In this document: positions 61,266 through 64,000 of the stretch, in pieces
Layout: every line of letters starts with the position of its first letter
Position numbering within the stretch: the stretch's first letter is position 1
NCBI GenBank assembly: GCA_963777605.1
Contig: CAVZRV010000030.1
Location: 224,001-288,000, forward strand
Length of the DNA: 64,000 bases
Direction: 5' to 3'
DNA from: an uncultured Acidobacteriota bacterium
GTDB lineage: Bacteria > Acidobacteriota > UBA6911 > RPQK01 > JAPXNP01
The notes under the pieces: model-generated
Told to the model about the DNA's origin: nothing
Seen by the model: only the letters and a program-made list of their open reading frames with translations
Database searches by the model: none
Program-made: the position numbers and the translations under genes

Positions 61266-63212
61266 CTATTCCTCTTCGGGGATCCATACTGTCATTTCTC
61301 CCTTGCCGCGGTTTGCCCAGGCGTAGTAGGGAATCGCCGTGATGCGGACTGCCCTTGAGTCGGTGCCCTCGCCCTGGAATCCATTGCCGGATATCTCGAC
61401 AACGCCATTCAGGAGATCACCTCGGTAGGAGTTGGTTAGCTCCGGGTTCCGGGCAAGGCGAAAATTCAATACTTTCCGGCCCGGGTTGTCGGGCCACTCG
61501 AGGCAGTAAACCAGCGGCCCACGCTGGATGGCGGCCTGTCCGCGATCGGCTTCGACCTGCGGGTTGGCCAGGACTCGCCGAACGGGCATCGGAAGGTTGA
61601 CCTCGACCTGGTCCCCCGGTTTCCAGGTCCGGCGGAGCAGGGCGTAACCTTTGTCCAACTGGTATTTGGCAGTCGTTCCGTTGACCTTGACGACGACCGG
61701 GGAGGTTGCCGGGGTCTCGAAACGGTAGAGGTCGCTCGGGATCGCATCCTGCCCCGTCCAGCCGGGTACCCGGACAGCGAGTTCGAACTGTTGCGCCTGC
61801 TTGGGTTCAACAGAGATCGTGATGTCGCCGTCCCAGGGGTAGTTGGACGCTTGACTGAGATGAAGCTTGCCGCCGGCAACGTCGAGGTCGGTACTGCCGG
61901 CAATAAAGAGGTTCACGTAGACCCTGTCATCTTTATGGGCGTAGACGTAGCCAGGAATCGAGGGGAGAAAGCGGGTCAGGTTGCTGGGGCAGCAGGCGCA
62001 GCCAAACCAGGCGCTCCGTTCGTCCTTTCCGGTCGACTGGAGCCGGTTGGGGTAGAAGAACCGGTCGCCGGAGAGGCCGAGACCGGAAAGCACCCCATTG
62101 TAGAGCGTACGCTCCAGGACATCGACATAACGCGCGTTCCCGTGAAGCAGGAACATGCGCTGGTTCCAGAAGACGTTCGCGATGGAGGCGCAGGTCTCGC
62201 AATAGGCGGTCAGGTTGGGTAACTCGTAGTCACCGCCGTAGGCCTCTCCTGATGAAGTCGAACCGACTCCGCCGGTCAAGTAGATCTTCCCGGACACGAC
62301 GTTGCTCCAGATTCGATCGATTGCCTGCACATAGGCACGCTCGCCGGTCAGCGCCGCAACGTCGGCCATTGCGGAATACATGTAGTTTGCCCGGACCGCG
62401 TGCCCGACGGCCTCGGTCTGGTCGAGCACCTTGAGGTGAGCCTGGTTGTAGGAATCGCCACCCGGGCCCCGGACGTCCAGGAAGAACCGCGCCAGGTCCA
62501 GATATTCCTGTCGACCTGTGATCCGGTAGAGCTTGGCCAGGCCGATCTCGACTTCCTGGTGTCCCGGGTAGTCCTCCCGCTTTCCCCACCCGAACGTGCG
62601 GACGAGCAGGTCGGCGCTCCTGGTGGCAACATCGAGCAGGGAACGCTTGCCGGTGGACTGGTAGTGGGCGGCCGCTGCCTCAAACAGGTGGCCCAGGTTG
62701 TAGAGTTCATGGCTCAGTTCATGGACCTTTTCCCATCGGTGTCTGCCGGCCCACTCGTGGGCATTGACACCCATGATCGTGCGATTCGTATAAAGGTAGC
62801 CGTCGGGTTCCTGGGCCGCGGCAATCTTGGAAATAACCCTGTCGAGATAGGCATCGAGTTTGGGGTCGGGCACGGTCTGAAGCGAGTAGGATGCTCCCTC
62901 GATGATCTTGTAGACGTCCGAATCGTCGAAGGGGTAGATGGAGCAGAAACTGCCCTGGATCTGCCCGGCGGCGATCTCGAAATTCTTGATCCGACCGGTC
63001 TCCTCACTCTGCTCGAAAGCGTATGGAATCGTCTTGGTGTGGTTTAGGCGAATCCGAGGTGCCCAAAACTGGTCGGTCACCTTCACGTTGCTGAAAGGGA
63101 CCGGAAGGACCGGGTAGTCGTGCGGAATCGTTTTCGGACTGGACTGTGCGGCAGATGCCGAACAGAAGATCAAAGCAAGCAAACAGGCGGGCAACAGACG
63201 GTCAGAGCGCAT
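61266..63212 (-). CDS. Glycoside hydrolase family 127 (beta-L-arabinofuranosidase-like), secreted
   Basis: F.DSDVYK..E, HELYNLGH, PGHQE, GHAVRA.Y, YCETCAS, CACCP (Cys nucleophile), IPYYAWANRG; GGAGG RBS. Confidence 0.93.
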   Translation of the reverse strand: MRSDRLLPACLLALIFCSASAAQSSPKTIPHDYPVLPVPFSNVKVTDQFWAPRIRLNHTKTIPYAFEQSEETGRIKNFEIAAGQIQGSFCSIYPFDDSDVYKIIEGASYSLQTVPDPKLDAYLDRVISKIAAAQEPDGYLYTNRTIMGVNAHEWAGRHRWEKVHELSHELYNLGHLFEAAAAHYQSTGKRSLLDVATRSADLLVRTFGWGKREDYPGHQEVEIGLAKLYRITGRQEYLDLARFFLDVRGPGGDSYNQAHLKVLDQTEAVGHAVRANYMYSAMADVAALTGERAYVQAIDRIWSNVVSGKIYLTGGVGSTSSGEAYGGDYELPNLTAYCETCASIANVFWNQRMFLLHGNARYVDVLERTLYNGVLSGLGLSGDRFFYPNRLQSTGKDERSAWFGCACCPSNLTRFLPSIPGYVYAHKDDRVYVNLFIAGSTDLDVAGGKLHLSQASNYPWDGDITISVEPKQAQQFELAVRVPGWTGQDAIPSDLYRFETPATSPVVVKVNGTTAKYQLDKGYALLRRTWKPGDQVEVNLPMPVRRVLANPQVEADRGQAAIQRGPLVYCLEWPDNPGRKVLNFRLARNPELTNSYRGDLLNGVVEISGNGFQGEGTDSRAVRITAIPYYAWANRGKGEMTVWIPEEE

Positions 63213-63412
63213 CAGGGTTTCCTCCAGCCTACAGGGAGGGGAGTCAAGAGTCCCCCTCCCCACGCGGACAAGGTTACCATCCCGGCGGAGCCTGGACGAT
63301 CCCTGAAGGGAAGTGCCGGAGAGTTTTGCCGGAGGGAACGAAACGGATTCGGCCGCCCGGCTTATTGGGCGGCCGGTCTTGTCATGGACTCTGACTCTGA
63401 GCGCGGTCTGTA

Positions 63413-64000
63413 TCAGGTGGCCAGCAGGGCTTCGACCCGGGGCCTGATTTTGGCGGCGATCATGGAGGTTGCCAGTTCGTTCATTTGCCGTGTGCGAGCT
63501 TCCGTGTCGGCTTCCGTGTAGCAACGGAACTCCGGAGCGTTGCCCGAGGGCCGCAGGTGGATGACCTCGCCGGATTCAAACGTGATGCGCGCGCCATCGG
63601 TCAGATCCAGGGCGGTCGGAGCGCCGAAGGCATCAGCAAAGAACTCGCGGGCCAGGCTCAGGCCCTGTTGGCGGAAGTGGTCGATCGTAGCCTGACCGAG
63701 TTCCGACGGATACTGACGGAGCAGGCCGCTGTCGGTGTAGCGCGGCGGCAGCTTTTTCTGCAGTTCGGATATCGGCGATCGCTCGACAACGGAGGCGTGC
63801 AGGAGGGAAAGAATCGGAACCACGGCGTCCCGAGTGGGCAACGCTGCCAGCGGTTGGCCGTTTCGGCCCGGAATCTCGGTTCCGGTCAGAAATCCGCCGT
63901 TGGCCTCGTACCCGACCACGGGTGAGATCCCCTGCCCGGTCAGCTCCTGCATGCCTTCGATCACCCAGGGGGAGCCGATCCGGGTGCGCAACACGCGTTC
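63413..64000 (-). CDS. Phosphomannomutase/phosphoglucomutase, 3' part (5' end outside window)
   Basis: RTRIGSPWVI, GYEANGGF, LPTRD, DGAR..F..HLRPSGNAPEFRCYTEA. Confidence 0.9.
   Translation of the reverse strand, partial: ERVLRTRIGSPWVIEGMQELTGQGISPVVGYEANGGFLTGTEIPGRNGQPLAALPTRDAVVPILSLLHASVVERSPISELQKKLPPRYTDSGLLRQYPSELGQATIDHFRQQGLSLAREFFADAFGAPTALDLTDGARITFESGEVIHLRPSGNAPEFRCYTEADTEARTRQMNELATSMIAAKIRPRVEALLAT

Noticed and set aside
63221-63412. Riboswitch upstream of GH127
   Set aside because: Only two simple hairpins (terminator-like at ~63350-63376 and one near the RBS); no recognisable aptamer consensus.

Overview
GC-rich bacterial chromosome segment, most likely Acidobacteriota. 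This is inferred from a GWxTD protein, a CRTAC1/ASPIC-UnbV protein, Oar-like TonB-dependent receptors and several TPR proteins. It holds about 50 CDSs. These include a gap-pgk-tpiA-secG-tRNA-Leu(GAG) core block, sugar, peptide and envelope enzymes (S9 peptidase-FGE fusion, GH9, GH127, YfhO, SGNH, Tat-exported DegT aminotransferase, GlgA), an orphan four-gene type IV minor pilin cluster, an HDOD-kinase/PAS-chemoreceptor pair, a class II photolyase, a ZnuD-like receptor and a tandem pair of large TonB-dependent receptors. No CRISPR array, integrase, transposase or prophage was seen. Best leads: (1) a DUF2946/CruR-like leader ORF (signal peptide, HxCxH, C-terminal RSPP arrest-like motif) upstream of a His-rich ZnuD-like receptor; (2) a small PD-(D/E)xK-like protein translationally coupled to an HPRT; (3) a ~170-bp palindromic interspersed element in 4-5 copies, one of which supplies a start codon; (4) about ten genes with a -10 box 6-9 nt before the start codon (leaderless mRNAs); (5) a GH9 with substituted catalytic residues; (6) an internally deleted CMD/AhpD minigene; (7) a Cys-rich PAS soluble chemoreceptor with a sigma-28 promoter and a perfect palindrome. 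Several single-base frameshifts look like long-read errors. All family calls come from motif recognition by eye, not from database searches.
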